Part shown: positions 1-10,299 of the stretch, one piece after another
Numbering within the stretch: the first letter of the stretch is position 1
Layout: each line of letters opens with the position of its first letter
Origin: an uncultured Sphingorhabdus sp.
GTDB taxonomy: Bacteria; Pseudomonadota; Alphaproteobacteria; Sphingomonadales; Sphingomonadaceae
Length of the DNA: 64,000 nt
Assembly: GCA_947501885.1 (NCBI GenBank)
Contig: CANMXN010000003.1
Span: forward strand, 54,946-118,945
Direction of reading: 5' to 3'
Translations under genes and position numbers: made by a program
Notes under the pieces: model-generated
Told to the model about the DNA's origin: nothing
Database searches by the model: none
The model's input: the letters and a program-made list of their open reading frames with translations, nothing else

Positions 1-1001
1 AACAGCAAGTGGCCCTGCCGCAGATGGACTTTGATTTGTCCAAAATTAAGCGCGTGACGATTGTGGCGTGCGGGACATCATATTATGCGGGGATGGTGGC
101 CAAATATTGGTTTGAGACCTTTGCCCGTGTTCCCGTCGATTTGGATTTTGCGTCTGAATTTCGCTATCGTGATCCTGTGTTGGAAGAGGGCGGCCTTGCG
201 TTGTTCATTTCGCAATCGGGCGAAACGGCGGATACTTTGGCCGCGCTTCGTCATGCCAAAGCCGAAGGACAGAAAATTGCCGTGGTGGTGAATGTGCCGA
301 CATCTTCTATGGCGCGTGAGGCAGATTTGCTGCTGCCGACCCATGCGGGGCCAGAGATTGGCGTAGCATCAACCAAGGCCTTTTCTTGTCAGCTTGCCGT
401 TTTGGCCGCATTGGCCGCGCATTTGGCGGTGGTGAAAGGTAAAATGACCCGTGACGAAGAGCGCGAGATTGTCGAGCATCTCACCGAAACGCCAGCGGCA
501 TTGAACGCGGCGCTTGCCCATGATGATGATATAGAGGGCATGGCGCATCATATCGCCCCTGCGCGCGATGTGCTCTATTTGGGGCGCGGGCCAGATTATC
601 CGCTCGCGCTAGAAGGCGCGCTTAAGCTCAAGGAAATTAGCTATATTCATGCCGAAGGTTATGCATCGGGTGAGATGAAGCATGGACCGATCGCACTGAT
701 TGACGAGGATGTGCCTGTGATCGTGCTGGCGCCCAGCGGGCCTTTGTTTGAGAAAACCGTGAGCAATATGCAAGAAGTGCGCGCACGCGGCGGCAAAATT
801 GTGCTTATATCCGATGCAGAGGGCTTGGCTGAGGCGGGCGAGGGGTGCATGGCGACGATTGAAATGCCCAAAGTGCATCCGCTCATCGCGCCGCTTGTTT
901 ATGCCGTGCCGGTGCAATTGCTCGCCTATCATGTGGCGTGTGCGAAGGGTACCGATGTCGATCAACCGCGTAACTTAGCGAAGAGCGTTACCGTTGAGTG
1001 A
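1..1001 (+). CDS. glmS: Glutamine--fructose-6-phosphate transaminase, C-terminal SIS domains (5' part lies before the window)
   Basis: ACGTSYY, SQSGETADT, GVASTKAF, EMKHGP and terminal PRNLAKSVTVE motifs. Confidence 0.98.
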   Translation, partial: QQVALPQMDFDLSKIKRVTIVACGTSYYAGMVAKYWFETFARVPVDLDFASEFRYRDPVLEEGGLALFISQSGETADTLAALRHAKAEGQKIAVVVNVPTSSMAREADLLLPTHAGPEIGVASTKAFSCQLAVLAALAAHLAVVKGKMTRDEEREIVEHLTETPAALNAALAHDDDIEGMAHHIAPARDVLYLGRGPDYPLALEGALKLKEISYIHAEGYASGEMKHGPIALIDEDVPVIVLAPSGPLFEKTVSNMQEVRARGGKIVLISDAEGLAEAGEGCMATIEMPKVHPLIAPLVYAVPVQLLAYHVACAKGTDVDQPRNLAKSVTVE

Positions 1002-1065
1002 TTTGTAAATAAGCTGACTGTACATTTTTATTAACTTCGCTACCATTGGTTGACGGGGGCAAATA

Positions 1066-2247
1066 ATGTTTCAGCGTAAATTACATAATTGGCAAAATGC
1101 GGGTCTTATTGATAGTGAAACCGCGAATAAGATTATTGAATATGAAAGTCAGAATAGCAAACCCTATGGGCTTTGGGCGGTCATTGCACTTGGTGCTTTG
1201 GCTATTGGTTTAGGGTTTATTTCACTCATTGCTGCCAATTGGGATGCTTTAGAGGGTGTAACAAAGCTGGCTATTCATTTTACTTTGCTTATCGGCATTG
1301 CTGGGTGGTTGTTTTGGCCCAATAAAAAACCATCAAAAATTCTTGATCATTTATTATTCCGTGATGCTATATTATTTATCTTTGGGGCTTTAGGCCTGAC
1401 ATTTTTTGGCCATCTCGGACAAGTATATCAAACAAGTTCTCCGCTTTGGCAACCACTGCTTTTATGGCTCATATTATTCCTACCGATATTTTTATTATTG
1501 GGGCGTGGTTGGTTATCCGCTCTCGCATGGATAATAATTATTTATGGTACATCGTCGGATTATCTACAATGGTATGAACGTGCAAATGATAATATTCCAG
1601 ATGCACTTGTTGCAGTACTATTGTCTATTTGCGCAATGATTACAGCAATTGCAGCCTTTGTTCGTGGCTTTGGTGAACGTATTAATTATTGGCGTCAGGT
1701 TGAGCAAATAGCTCTTATATCATTGGTTATTATGGTTGGTTTTTTCCACTTAGCTGCGGAAACATCAATCAATGGTTCCGAACCTTCTCTGATAAATGTT
1801 GCATTGCTACAATTTACTATATTTGGTTTTGCTTCGGCTATTATATATTTTTCTGGCCATATTGAAGATGATCGTGATGCAAAGTCGAGGCAAGGTTGTA
1901 CCATCATTGTCATAAGTGCGGCGATTTCAAATATATTAGCCGCTCTAAATGCTGGTGAATATGCTGTGTTTTCTGCTCTAATCTTTATGGGGTTTTGGGC
2001 GGTGATAGCTTTAGCGTCATTAACTGCGAATTGGCGCACCATTTTTCAATTATCAGTGGCTGTGATAGCCGTTCGATTAATTATCCTCAGTTTCCAATTG
2101 GCAAGCGATTTATTGGGAAGCGGAATTGGCCTGATCCTTTGCGGCCTATTAGCACTAGCAGTAGCATGGATTGCAGTACGTTTTAGCAAAAAATATGCGC
2201 CTGAAAAAAATATAACTGAAAAGAATATGAAGGGAGAAGAGAGATGA
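1066..2247 (+). CDS. DUF2157-family multi-pass membrane protein
   Basis: N-terminal W..AGLID...A..I pattern, then LGALAIGLGFISLIAANW and many hydrophobic helices; precedes a GDYXXLXY gene. Confidence 0.75.
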   Translation: MFQRKLHNWQNAGLIDSETANKIIEYESQNSKPYGLWAVIALGALAIGLGFISLIAANWDALEGVTKLAIHFTLLIGIAGWLFWPNKKPSKILDHLLFRDAILFIFGALGLTFFGHLGQVYQTSSPLWQPLLLWLILFLPIFLLLGRGWLSALAWIIIIYGTSSDYLQWYERANDNIPDALVAVLLSICAMITAIAAFVRGFGERINYWRQVEQIALISLVIMVGFFHLAAETSINGSEPSLINVALLQFTIFGFASAIIYFSGHIEDDRDAKSRQGCTIIVISAAISNILAALNAGEYAVFSALIFMGFWAVIALASLTANWRTIFQLSVAVIAVRLIILSFQLASDLLGSGIGLILCGLLALAVAWIAVRFSKKYAPEKNITEKNMKGEER

Positions 2248-2801
2248 GCACATCCTATTCATTTTCTTCAAAGACTCTGAACTTCATTATTGCAATATCA
2301 TTATTACTGCCATTGTTAGGACTAGCTTATAGCTGGTTTTCAAAGCATCAACAGTCAAAACTTGGTACAGATTGGGATATTGTGGTTCAAGGATATGACC
2401 CTAGAGATTTACTGCGGGGGCATTATATTCGTTATCAATATGATTGGGGGCAATATACGGATAAAGAGTTTGAAGGCAGTAATGACATTATTTGCGTAAA
2501 AGGAGTAGCGCCCATAGTCAGAGAGATTATTAGGTATAAATCGTGGAGAGAAGATGTTGAGAGCTTAATGTGTGATAGTCTGATTAGAAAAGACAAATGG
2601 AATATCGATCAAAGCAGAAATATGACACGCGATCGCCTTTATATTCCGCAGACCGCTGCCTCTGATCTTGAAAAGAAGTTACGCGATAACCGCCTTCGAG
2701 GGATTGTTACGGTTAGAATAAGAGATGATGGTAAATTGACACCACAATCCATACGGTTTGAACCAATAAGCGAGAGCGTTGATTCCCGTGAAGCTGAATA
2801 A
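2244..2801 (+). CDS. GDYXXLXY-family protein
   Basis: GYDPRDLLRGHYIRYQY motif, N-terminal TM helix, ATGA overlap with the upstream gene. Confidence 0.8.
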   Translation: MSTSYSFSSKTLNFIIAISLLLPLLGLAYSWFSKHQQSKLGTDWDIVVQGYDPRDLLRGHYIRYQYDWGQYTDKEFEGSNDIICVKGVAPIVREIIRYKSWREDVESLMCDSLIRKDKWNIDQSRNMTRDRLYIPQTAASDLEKKLRDNRLRGIVTVRIRDDGKLTPQSIRFEPISESVDSREAE

Positions 2802-2927
2802 TTATGGATAATTTTTTACTTCTTACTTAGTTGCATTCCTTGCAATTAAGATGTCTTGTTAATGATTTGCTTTTGGGCGGTAATGCGCGTCTTATACGGC
2901 CATCAAAATTATATGAGGAAATGCAAT

Positions 2928-3629
2928 ATGACCTTAGAAACCAAAAACTCTGATGCCGAGGCACGCCATTATGAAGCGCATGGCTTTTCTGATAGATTTG
3001 CGCTTGCGATCACCAAAGTCTTGCGCTGGGGTGCGGATACATTTTTTGCCAAACGCTATGGCCACCGCGCAATCGTGCTGGAAACGGTGGCCGCTGTCCC
3101 TGGTATGGTGGGAGCAACGCTTACTCATTTACGGGCGCTGCGCCGTATGGAAGACGATGGCGGTTGGATCCGCACATTAATGGATGAAGCCGAGAATGAA
3201 CGTATGCATTTGATGACCTTCATTGCCATCGCAAACCCGAGCTGGTTTGAGCGCATGGTGATTTTGATTGTCCAATGGTTTTTCTATGTCGGTTTCTTTT
3301 TTCTCTATCTGATCGCCCCTAAAACGGCGCATCGTTTGGTGGGATATTTTGAGGAAGAAGCGGTGTTGAGCTATACGCTCTATCTGGAAGAGATTGATGC
3401 TGGACGGCATCCCAATGTTCCAGCCCCAGAAGTCGCTTTGCGCTATTGGGATTTACCAGAAGATACGATGCTGCGCGAGGTGATTGAAATCATCCGTGCT
3501 GATGAAGCGCATCACCGTGATACCAACCATTATATGGCCGATAATTTGGCGGGTATTGATGCAGACCTTGCGAATATTACTCCTGCGCCCAGGCATGTAC
3601 CTTTGGATAATCATATTAAGGTAAAATGA
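2928..3629 (+). CDS. aox: Alternative oxidase (di-iron ubiquinol oxidase)
   Basis: All four iron-ligand motifs: LETVAAVPGMV, EAENERMH, EEEAV, RADEAHH. Start placed at ATG 2928 after GAGGA. Confidence 0.95.
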   Translation: MTLETKNSDAEARHYEAHGFSDRFALAITKVLRWGADTFFAKRYGHRAIVLETVAAVPGMVGATLTHLRALRRMEDDGGWIRTLMDEAENERMHLMTFIAIANPSWFERMVILIVQWFFYVGFFFLYLIAPKTAHRLVGYFEEEAVLSYTLYLEEIDAGRHPNVPAPEVALRYWDLPEDTMLREVIEIIRADEAHHRDTNHYMADNLAGIDADLANITPAPRHVPLDNHIKVK

Positions 3630-3665
3630 AATATGGTCCAGGAGGGTAGTTTTGGGTGATGAAAA

Positions 3666-3689
3666 GCGGTTCGGCAGATACCGAACCGC
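3666..3689 (-). terminator. Hairpin between convergent aox and DUF4349 genes; probable intrinsic terminator
   Basis: GCGGTTCGG-cagata-CCGAACCGC (9-bp stem), followed on the minus strand by TTTTC. Confidence 0.65.
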
Positions 3690-3695
3690 CCTTAA

Positions 3696-4619
3696 TTAAT
3701 TATCGTCTAAGCTCTCATCAGAGCTATAAGGAGACGTGCGCATATCACTTAGCTTTTGCCGCAATCTATGCATTGGTGGACTGCGCCATATAAGCAATAA
3801 TAAGAATGATAATATGAGCCAAGGCAGCATAACTCCAATAGCCAGTAAAACCAAGCTTGTCATAAATACAAAGCTGCTAAGAGCATTATCCCATGCATTA
3901 TAAAATGGGTTTCCATGTTCAAAGCCAGGTATGTTTTTACCACCATTATATGACATAGTCATAGGTGTTGTGGCTAAACTTTCCTCATTGGCGCGCTGTA
4001 AAGAAGCCTCACTGTCAAGCTGTTGGCGAAGGCGTTGGGCTTGCGATTGTAGTTGCGCTCTTTCACGATCGCCTAAGTTTCGGGCTTTGAGTTCAGTCTC
4101 GATCCGTTTTAAATCCGAATTTGTACCTGCTACTCTTTTTTGGGATGCATCAATTTTAGCACCAGCATCGATACCGCTGATTTCACTATCCACCAATATG
4201 CCCTTTGCTTTTTCGACAGAGGCGATAGCGTCTTTACCAAACTCCCTTGCAATAGCAGGATCAAGTTTAAATTCTAATGATGCACCCACTCGTTCTTCAT
4301 CATATAGGCGATAGCGCATGCCTGTTATTCGGCAGCGTGATACGCCAAGGGCTTCACAGGCTGCTGCATGTTCTTCTTGTACGCCAGCAATTTTGGCATC
4401 TGGAACGCGAAATTTATATCTATAGTTAAATGCTACACCTGGTGCTGCTGTTATATTTATGTCGGGGGCATCAGAGATCTCTTCCGCAGCATTATAAGCC
4501 GCCTCTGATGATGCTTCATGACTTTCTTCCGTAGCATCAAAAGTTGATGAGTTTTCACTTGAACAACTGCTCAATATTAACGCGCTAATGCTCAGCGAGA
4601 TTATTATAGATTTTTGCAT
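3696..4619 (-). CDS. DUF4349-family lipoprotein
   Basis: Lipobox LILSSC, APGVAFNYRYKF segment, coiled coil, C-terminal TM helix. Confidence 0.75.
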   Translation of the reverse strand: MQKSIIISLSISALILSSCSSENSSTFDATEESHEASSEAAYNAAEEISDAPDINITAAPGVAFNYRYKFRVPDAKIAGVQEEHAAACEALGVSRCRITGMRYRLYDEERVGASLEFKLDPAIAREFGKDAIASVEKAKGILVDSEISGIDAGAKIDASQKRVAGTNSDLKRIETELKARNLGDRERAQLQSQAQRLRQQLDSEASLQRANEESLATTPMTMSYNGGKNIPGFEHGNPFYNAWDNALSSFVFMTSLVLLAIGVMLPWLILSFLLLLIWRSPPMHRLRQKLSDMRTSPYSSDESLDDN

Positions 4620-5134
4620 ATATTCTCTCCTTCTACTGTGATAGTAGAATGATATAAGGTAACATGGAAAAATCTTTAGTCAACAGTTCGTCTATGAAAA
4701 AAAACATCTCACCGCTAAAATAATTGATTTTAGCTTGATATTATTGGGCCCAATAAATTTATTTAACCTAAGATTTATTGGAAATCGAGTTATCATATAT
4801 GATTATATATTGGTGTAATAGCGGCAATGTTACATTATTTTTATCTTCGTTTTTTCTTTGAAGCTTTTAATAACCAACAGAGGAATCTGTATCTTTTGCC
4901 TTGTGTTTCAATACGGCCTAGCGGAATTAATCCCGATGCTTTTTGGTAACTGGCTGGTTTATACATAGGATTATTGCTTGATAATTGCGGCATAATCTTC
5001 TCCATTTAAGGTGTTTGGAATATATGACGGAACTTCATGAATATTTCTCTGCGATTTGATTACAATTTTATGAAATGATGTTGTTTTTCTTATAGATTCA
5101 TAAATAATTAACCATGTTATATTAGCCACAATTC

Positions 5135-6310
5135 ATGAGTAAATTGCACAAATTTTTTCAAAACACTGGGTTGAAGCCCTATGATGGCGAATTGGGTGTT
5201 AATGTGCTTTGCTTGCAATATGAACATTTGCGAAAACATATCCCTTTGCTTTACTTAACCATATGTTTTTATTTTATATTGGCTGTTGTCTTTATTGCTA
5301 ATGAGGTGAATGCAGATAATTTAGGGGGTAAAATGGCATCCTATATTTTGCCAATTATTGTTATCCCTCTTGCTTTGATACGCGCTATAATATGGCATAG
5401 GCGGCGTAACGATCCTTTCGATGCTGAAAAAGCTGCTAAAATCATGATAAACCTAACCTCTGTTTCAGCATTAATTGGCGTGATGTGCGGCCTATGGGCA
5501 GTTTTTGCGTGGCAAGCAGAAAGCTCAGGACAGAAATTTTACCTTCCGCTGATTATGGCGATGGGGGGGTTCTCAGTGGCTTATTGTTTAGCAATCATCC
5601 CATTTTCAGCTATTTTGAACCTATCGCTAGCGGTTTTCCCCATTAGCTGTGTTTTGCTAGTGTCTGGAGAAACATTATTTGTCGCCATTTCTATAACTGT
5701 GATAACGGCGATGGTATATTTGATGGGTTTGTTGCGAAGGCACTTTGCCCAAATGGTGAATATGACGAAATTGCAATTGCAAATGCAAAAGCAGGCCAAT
5801 ACCGATATGCTAACGGGCTTGCTTAATCGCAGAGCTTTTAGAGATACTTTTGCAAAGTTGAAGCTGCAAGAGGGCGAAGATAATAATAGCCACATTTCTG
5901 TTGCTATGATTGATTTGGACAAGTTTAAGCCGATTAATGATCAGCATGGACATGCCACAGGTGATATTTTGCTGCAGATGATAGCAAAGCGTATGTGCGA
6001 TGAGATTCGTGACACAGGATATATCGCACGTCTTGGCGGTGATGAATTTGCTGTAATATTTAATGATAAGCCTGTGCAATATTGCCGAGAATATCTAAAG
6101 ACTCTATCACTTCAATTGTCTCAACCCTATCACATCGAAGACAATTCTTATCATGTTGGTATAAGCTATGGCATTGCACATGATATAGTCAAAGATGCAG
6201 ACTTAGGGAACCTATTGTCGCAAGCCGATGCTGCCTTGTATCGCATGAAGGCTATAAAAAAGGTAGAAAAACCTATGAAAAAAATAATGAAAAAGTTACA
6301 ATCAGTATAA
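5135..6310 (+). CDS. Membrane-bound diguanylate cyclase (GGDEF)
   Basis: About 6 TM helices, TDMLTGLLNRR, IDLDKFKPINDQHGH, RLGGDEF; no RxxD inhibitory site (RDTG). Confidence 0.9.
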   Translation: MSKLHKFFQNTGLKPYDGELGVNVLCLQYEHLRKHIPLLYLTICFYFILAVVFIANEVNADNLGGKMASYILPIIVIPLALIRAIIWHRRRNDPFDAEKAAKIMINLTSVSALIGVMCGLWAVFAWQAESSGQKFYLPLIMAMGGFSVAYCLAIIPFSAILNLSLAVFPISCVLLVSGETLFVAISITVITAMVYLMGLLRRHFAQMVNMTKLQLQMQKQANTDMLTGLLNRRAFRDTFAKLKLQEGEDNNSHISVAMIDLDKFKPINDQHGHATGDILLQMIAKRMCDEIRDTGYIARLGGDEFAVIFNDKPVQYCREYLKTLSLQLSQPYHIEDNSYHVGISYGIAHDIVKDADLGNLLSQADAALYRMKAIKKVEKPMKKIMKKLQSV

Positions 6311-6438
6311 TTTAACGCCGTAAAACAGCAACTAATAGGAATCTACTTATCAGGTCTAACTAGTGGCTTGTTTATTTGTAACTATCGTCATATTTATACC
6401 AAATCATCAATAATTATAATGTTTTGAAGGTATAGAGA

Positions 6439-7659
6439 ATGAGCGTTAAAACTGAGAAGTTTAAATTCACAAATGCAGCAGGTTTGGTATTAGACGGCCG
6501 TTTGGAAAACCCTGTGACGGGTAAGATTCGCGCTATTGCATTATTTGCTCATTGTTTCACTTGTACGAAAAGCAGCCGCGGCGCGACCAAAATTACGGCT
6601 GCTCTGGCCGCACGCGGCATAGCTACATTGCGCTTTGATTTTACGGGGCTTGGCAATAGCGATGGCGAATTTAAAGACAGTGGCTTTATTTCTAATGTAG
6701 AAGATTTGGTGTCTGCTGCGAATGCGCTGCGTGATGGACCAGGTGCACCGACCATGATAATCGGACATAGTTTGGGCGGGGCAGCGGTAATAGCGGCGGC
6801 GGAACATATTCCCGAACTCAAAGCCGTTGTAACCATTGGTGCGCCATTTGAGGTTGATCATGTGCTTGGGCAATTGGGCGATCAATTGGAAATTGTTAAA
6901 GAAAAGGGCGAGGCGGAAGTTCAAATTGGCGGACGTCCTTTTGTTGTGAACAATGAATTTATCAAGCAAACATGCGATCAACCGCAAAGCGAGCGTTTGG
7001 CCAAGCTAGGGAAATCTCTGTTGGTGATGCATGCCCCCGATGATGATATTGTCGGTTTTTACAATGCTGAGAAAATCTATGAAGCAGCATCGCAGCCCAA
7101 AAGCTTTATCGCATTAGAGAAGGCCGATCATTTGTTGATGGATGAGGCCGCTGCGGAATATGCTGCCAAAATGATTTCTGTTTGGGCTGGGCCGCATTTG
7201 GATGACAGCGAAGATGATAGCGATGCTCCTATCGAAGGCGTGGTTGTGGTGCGCAGCGTTGGGCCAAGCTTTACGCAATATGTGCGGACCAGTAATCATT
7301 ATTTCTTGGCCGATGAACCTGAGAGACTTGGCGGTTATGATCTGGGGCCTACGCCTTATGACTTGCTTCTATCGGGGCTTGGGGCTTGCACATCTATGAC
7401 GATGAAAATGTATGCACAGCGTAAAAAGATACCGCTTACTGGCGTTACTGTTGAGTTAGAACATAGCCGCGATCATGTGGAAGATTGCCAAACATGCAGT
7501 AACAATAAAAACCAAATTGATGTGATTGATCGTACAATAGAATTATCTGGTGATCTGACCGATGAGCAGCGCGCATCACTGATCCGTATAGCGGATCGTT
7601 GCCCTGTGCACCGTACGCTCGAAAACCATATTGAAATTAATACCCTAGAGATTGAATAG
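6439..7659 (+). CDS. Bifunctional alpha/beta-hydrolase / OsmC-family protein
   Basis: AHCFTC, GHSLGG nucleophile elbow; C-terminal LGACTSMT...RCPVH OsmC cysteines. Confidence 0.9.
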   Translation: MSVKTEKFKFTNAAGLVLDGRLENPVTGKIRAIALFAHCFTCTKSSRGATKITAALAARGIATLRFDFTGLGNSDGEFKDSGFISNVEDLVSAANALRDGPGAPTMIIGHSLGGAAVIAAAEHIPELKAVVTIGAPFEVDHVLGQLGDQLEIVKEKGEAEVQIGGRPFVVNNEFIKQTCDQPQSERLAKLGKSLLVMHAPDDDIVGFYNAEKIYEAASQPKSFIALEKADHLLMDEAAAEYAAKMISVWAGPHLDDSEDDSDAPIEGVVVVRSVGPSFTQYVRTSNHYFLADEPERLGGYDLGPTPYDLLLSGLGACTSMTMKMYAQRKKIPLTGVTVELEHSRDHVEDCQTCSNNKNQIDVIDRTIELSGDLTDEQRASLIRIADRCPVHRTLENHIEINTLEIE

Positions 7660-7662
7660 CTC

Positions 7663-8043
7663 TTGCCAGATACAATCATTAAGGTTGGCGGTGGATGCCA
7701 TTGCGGCGCTGTTAGGTTTGAGATTGAAAGTCCAGTTTCGGCGGATATGATAGATTGTAATTGCAGCATTTGCAGTGCTAGCGGCTATATTCATCATTTT
7801 ATACCGCATGAGAAATTTACGTTATTATCTGGGCATGATATGCTGACATCCTATCGTTTTGGAAGTGATGAGGCGGAGCATTTATTTTGTAAAAGATGCG
7901 GCGTAAAAAGCTTTTATCAACCCAAGTCGCATCCCAATGATTATTCGGTTAATTTTCGAATATTGGATGAAGGTCATGGGATTGAAGCAAATATTAAGCC
8001 CTTTGATGGCCGCAATTGGGATAGGTCTAAATTACCTATTTGA
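7663..8043 (+). CDS. GFA/CENP-V family protein
   Basis: GGCHCGAVRF, CNCSIC, FCKRCG zinc ligands. Confidence 0.9.
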   Translation: MPDTIIKVGGGCHCGAVRFEIESPVSADMIDCNCSICSASGYIHHFIPHEKFTLLSGHDMLTSYRFGSDEAEHLFCKRCGVKSFYQPKSHPNDYSVNFRILDEGHGIEANIKPFDGRNWDRSKLPI

Positions 8044-8125
8044 GCTTTGAATGCTGTAACTTCATTGCAATTATTGGCTTGGGGCTTGCTTGTTATTACT
8101 AATGGCCTTAATGCAACAATCAATC

Positions 8126-8153
8126 GGCGGCCCTATGTGCCGCCATTTTTTTT
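8126..8153 (+). terminator. Intrinsic-terminator-like hairpin in the argD leader
   Basis: GGCGGC-cctatgt-GCCGCC-A-T8, ending about 20 nt before the argD ATG. Confidence 0.55.
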
Positions 8154-8173
8154 AACACCGAAGGAGATGCCCC

Positions 8174-9364
8174 ATGACGATTAGTCCGCTTATGCCCGTA
8201 TATCCTAGGTGTGAAGTCCGACCAGTGCGCGGGGAAGGATGTTATTTATATGATGAAGCTGGCAATCAATATCTTGATTTTAACAGCGGTATTGCCGTTA
8301 ATGCTCTTGGTCATGCCCATCCTGAACTGACCAAAACCATTCAAGATCAAGCCGCAACATTAATGCATGTGTCTAATCTCTATGGCAGTCCGCAAGGCGA
8401 AAAATTAGCACAAAAATTGGTTGATATAAGCTTTGCTGATACTGTGTTTTTCACCAATAGCGGGTCAGAGGCTATCGAATGTGCCATAAAAGCAATGCGT
8501 GCTTATCATCAAGCAGTAGGTAATGATCAGTGCTTTGAGATTATTACTTTCTCTAACGCTTTTCATGGGCGAACTTTGGCCGCGATTAGCGCATCTAACC
8601 AAGAAAAAATGCATCATGGTTTTCATCCTCTACTGAACGGGTTTAAATATGTGGAATTTGATGATTTAGAAGCGGCAAAAAATGCTGTTGGTCCGCAAAC
8701 GGCTGGTTTTTTGGTTGAGCCTATTCAAGGTGAGGGCGGTATTAGGCCTGCATCGCAAGAATTTATGCAAGGCTTGCGCGCATTAGCGGATGAGCATGAT
8801 ATTTTGCTTGCATTGGACGAGGTGCAATGCGGTGTTGGGCGTACGGGCGCTTTTTATGCGTATGAACATTATGATATTGTACCTGATGTTTTGGCTAGCG
8901 CTAAAGGCCTTGGGGGAGGTTTTCCCATGGGAGCTTGCCTTGCCACAGAAAAAGCAGCACGCGGCATGACATTGGGCAGTCATGGCTCTACCTATGGCGG
9001 AAATCCGCTTGCGATGGCGGTGGGGTGTATGATGGTTGATACTGTAGGCAAGCCAGATTTTCTATCGCATGTGCGCATTATGGGGCAAAAAATAACGCAA
9101 GGTCTCGAGCAATTTATAGGCAATTATCCAACCTTATTTGAATCCGTGCGCGGGCAAGGGCTGATGCTTGGTATCAAGATGAAGGTGGATAGCCGTGCAT
9201 TTGTCGCTCATTTGCGTGATAATCATAATCTGCTTACGGTGGCTGCGGGTGATAATGTGGTGCGCTTATTGCCGCCGCTCATTATTGATGATAGCCATAT
9301 TCATGATTTTATGGAGCGTCTATCCGCTGCTGCGGCGTCTTATGATGTCGCTGTGGAGGGTTGA
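8174..9364 (+). CDS. argD: Acetylornithine aminotransferase
   Basis: FFTNSGSEA, FHGRT, EPIQGEGG, DEVQCG, AKGLGGG, HGSTYGGNP; directly upstream of argF. Confidence 0.93.
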   Translation: MTISPLMPVYPRCEVRPVRGEGCYLYDEAGNQYLDFNSGIAVNALGHAHPELTKTIQDQAATLMHVSNLYGSPQGEKLAQKLVDISFADTVFFTNSGSEAIECAIKAMRAYHQAVGNDQCFEIITFSNAFHGRTLAAISASNQEKMHHGFHPLLNGFKYVEFDDLEAAKNAVGPQTAGFLVEPIQGEGGIRPASQEFMQGLRALADEHDILLALDEVQCGVGRTGAFYAYEHYDIVPDVLASAKGLGGGFPMGACLATEKAARGMTLGSHGSTYGGNPLAMAVGCMMVDTVGKPDFLSHVRIMGQKITQGLEQFIGNYPTLFESVRGQGLMLGIKMKVDSRAFVAHLRDNHNLLTVAAGDNVVRLLPPLIIDDSHIHDFMERLSAAAASYDVAVEG

Positions 9365-9367
9365 GTT

Positions 9368-10297
9368 ATGACGCGTAATTTTTTGAATTTGAGCGATGCA
9401 GGCGGTGATGGAATTGCCGCAATATTAGACGATGCTATGAGTGCCAAAGCGGCCCGTAATGACAGGCCTAAAGGTGCATTGGATGATGATGCGTCTTTGA
9501 CTGGACATATGCTTGCGATGATATTTGAGAAAAATTCAACGCGGACGCGTTCATCCTTTGATATGGCGATTAGGCAGTTGGGCGGCAGCAGCATGATCAT
9601 GGATGCGGGTTCGATGCAGACAAAGCGCGGAGAGAGTATTGCGGATACAGCCCGCGTATTATCGCGCTATGTCGATGCGATTATGATACGTACGGCTGGG
9701 CATGATATTATTGAACAGTTGAGTCAATATGCAAGCGTACCTGTTATCAATGGACTAACTGATCTTTCACACCCTTGTCAGATATGTGCTGATCTACAAA
9801 CGATGATTGAACATGGAAAAGCTCTGCCAGGCCTTAATATAGCTTGGTTTGGTGATGGGAATAATGTTGCCAATTCAACCATTGAAGCTGCGGGCCTTTT
9901 CAAATTTAATCTGAGACTTGCACTGCCAAATGGTTATGATCCTGATGCAAATTTTTTGGATGCTTCGTGCAAATCTGGCGCATCGATTGAAATTATCCGT
10001 GACCCTCTGGCTGCGGCTAATGGTGCTGATGTCATAATGACAGATACATGGGTTTCGATGGGGCAAGAGGGTAGCAGCGCCATTATGAAGGATATGATGC
10101 CTTATCAGGTGAATGATGAGATTATGAATGCGGCTAAAGATGATGCTATTTTCATGCACTGCCTGCCAGCGCATGCGGGCGAAGAAGTTTCTCAATCAGT
10201 ATTGGATAGCAAGCATTCGGTTGTTTTTGATCAGGCAGAAAACCGTCTTCATGCACAAAAATCAATTTTGCGCTGGTGTTTTGGTTTGATAGGATAG
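9368..10297 (+). CDS. argF: Ornithine carbamoyltransferase
   Basis: STRT, HPCQ, HCLP, QAENRLH motifs. Confidence 0.95.
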   Translation: MTRNFLNLSDAGGDGIAAILDDAMSAKAARNDRPKGALDDDASLTGHMLAMIFEKNSTRTRSSFDMAIRQLGGSSMIMDAGSMQTKRGESIADTARVLSRYVDAIMIRTAGHDIIEQLSQYASVPVINGLTDLSHPCQICADLQTMIEHGKALPGLNIAWFGDGNNVANSTIEAAGLFKFNLRLALPNGYDPDANFLDASCKSGASIEIIRDPLAAANGADVIMTDTWVSMGQEGSSAIMKDMMPYQVNDEIMNAAKDDAIFMHCLPAHAGEEVSQSVLDSKHSVVFDQAENRLHAQKSILRWCFGLIG

Positions 10298-10299
10298 AT

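Noticed and set aside
1-60. glmS ribozyme or leader
   Set aside because: The 5' end of glmS is outside the window and cannot be assessed
8111-8155. Possible leader peptide MQQSIGGPMCRHFF before argD
   Set aside because: Only one Arg codon, no SD, and the ATG overlaps the predicted -10 element
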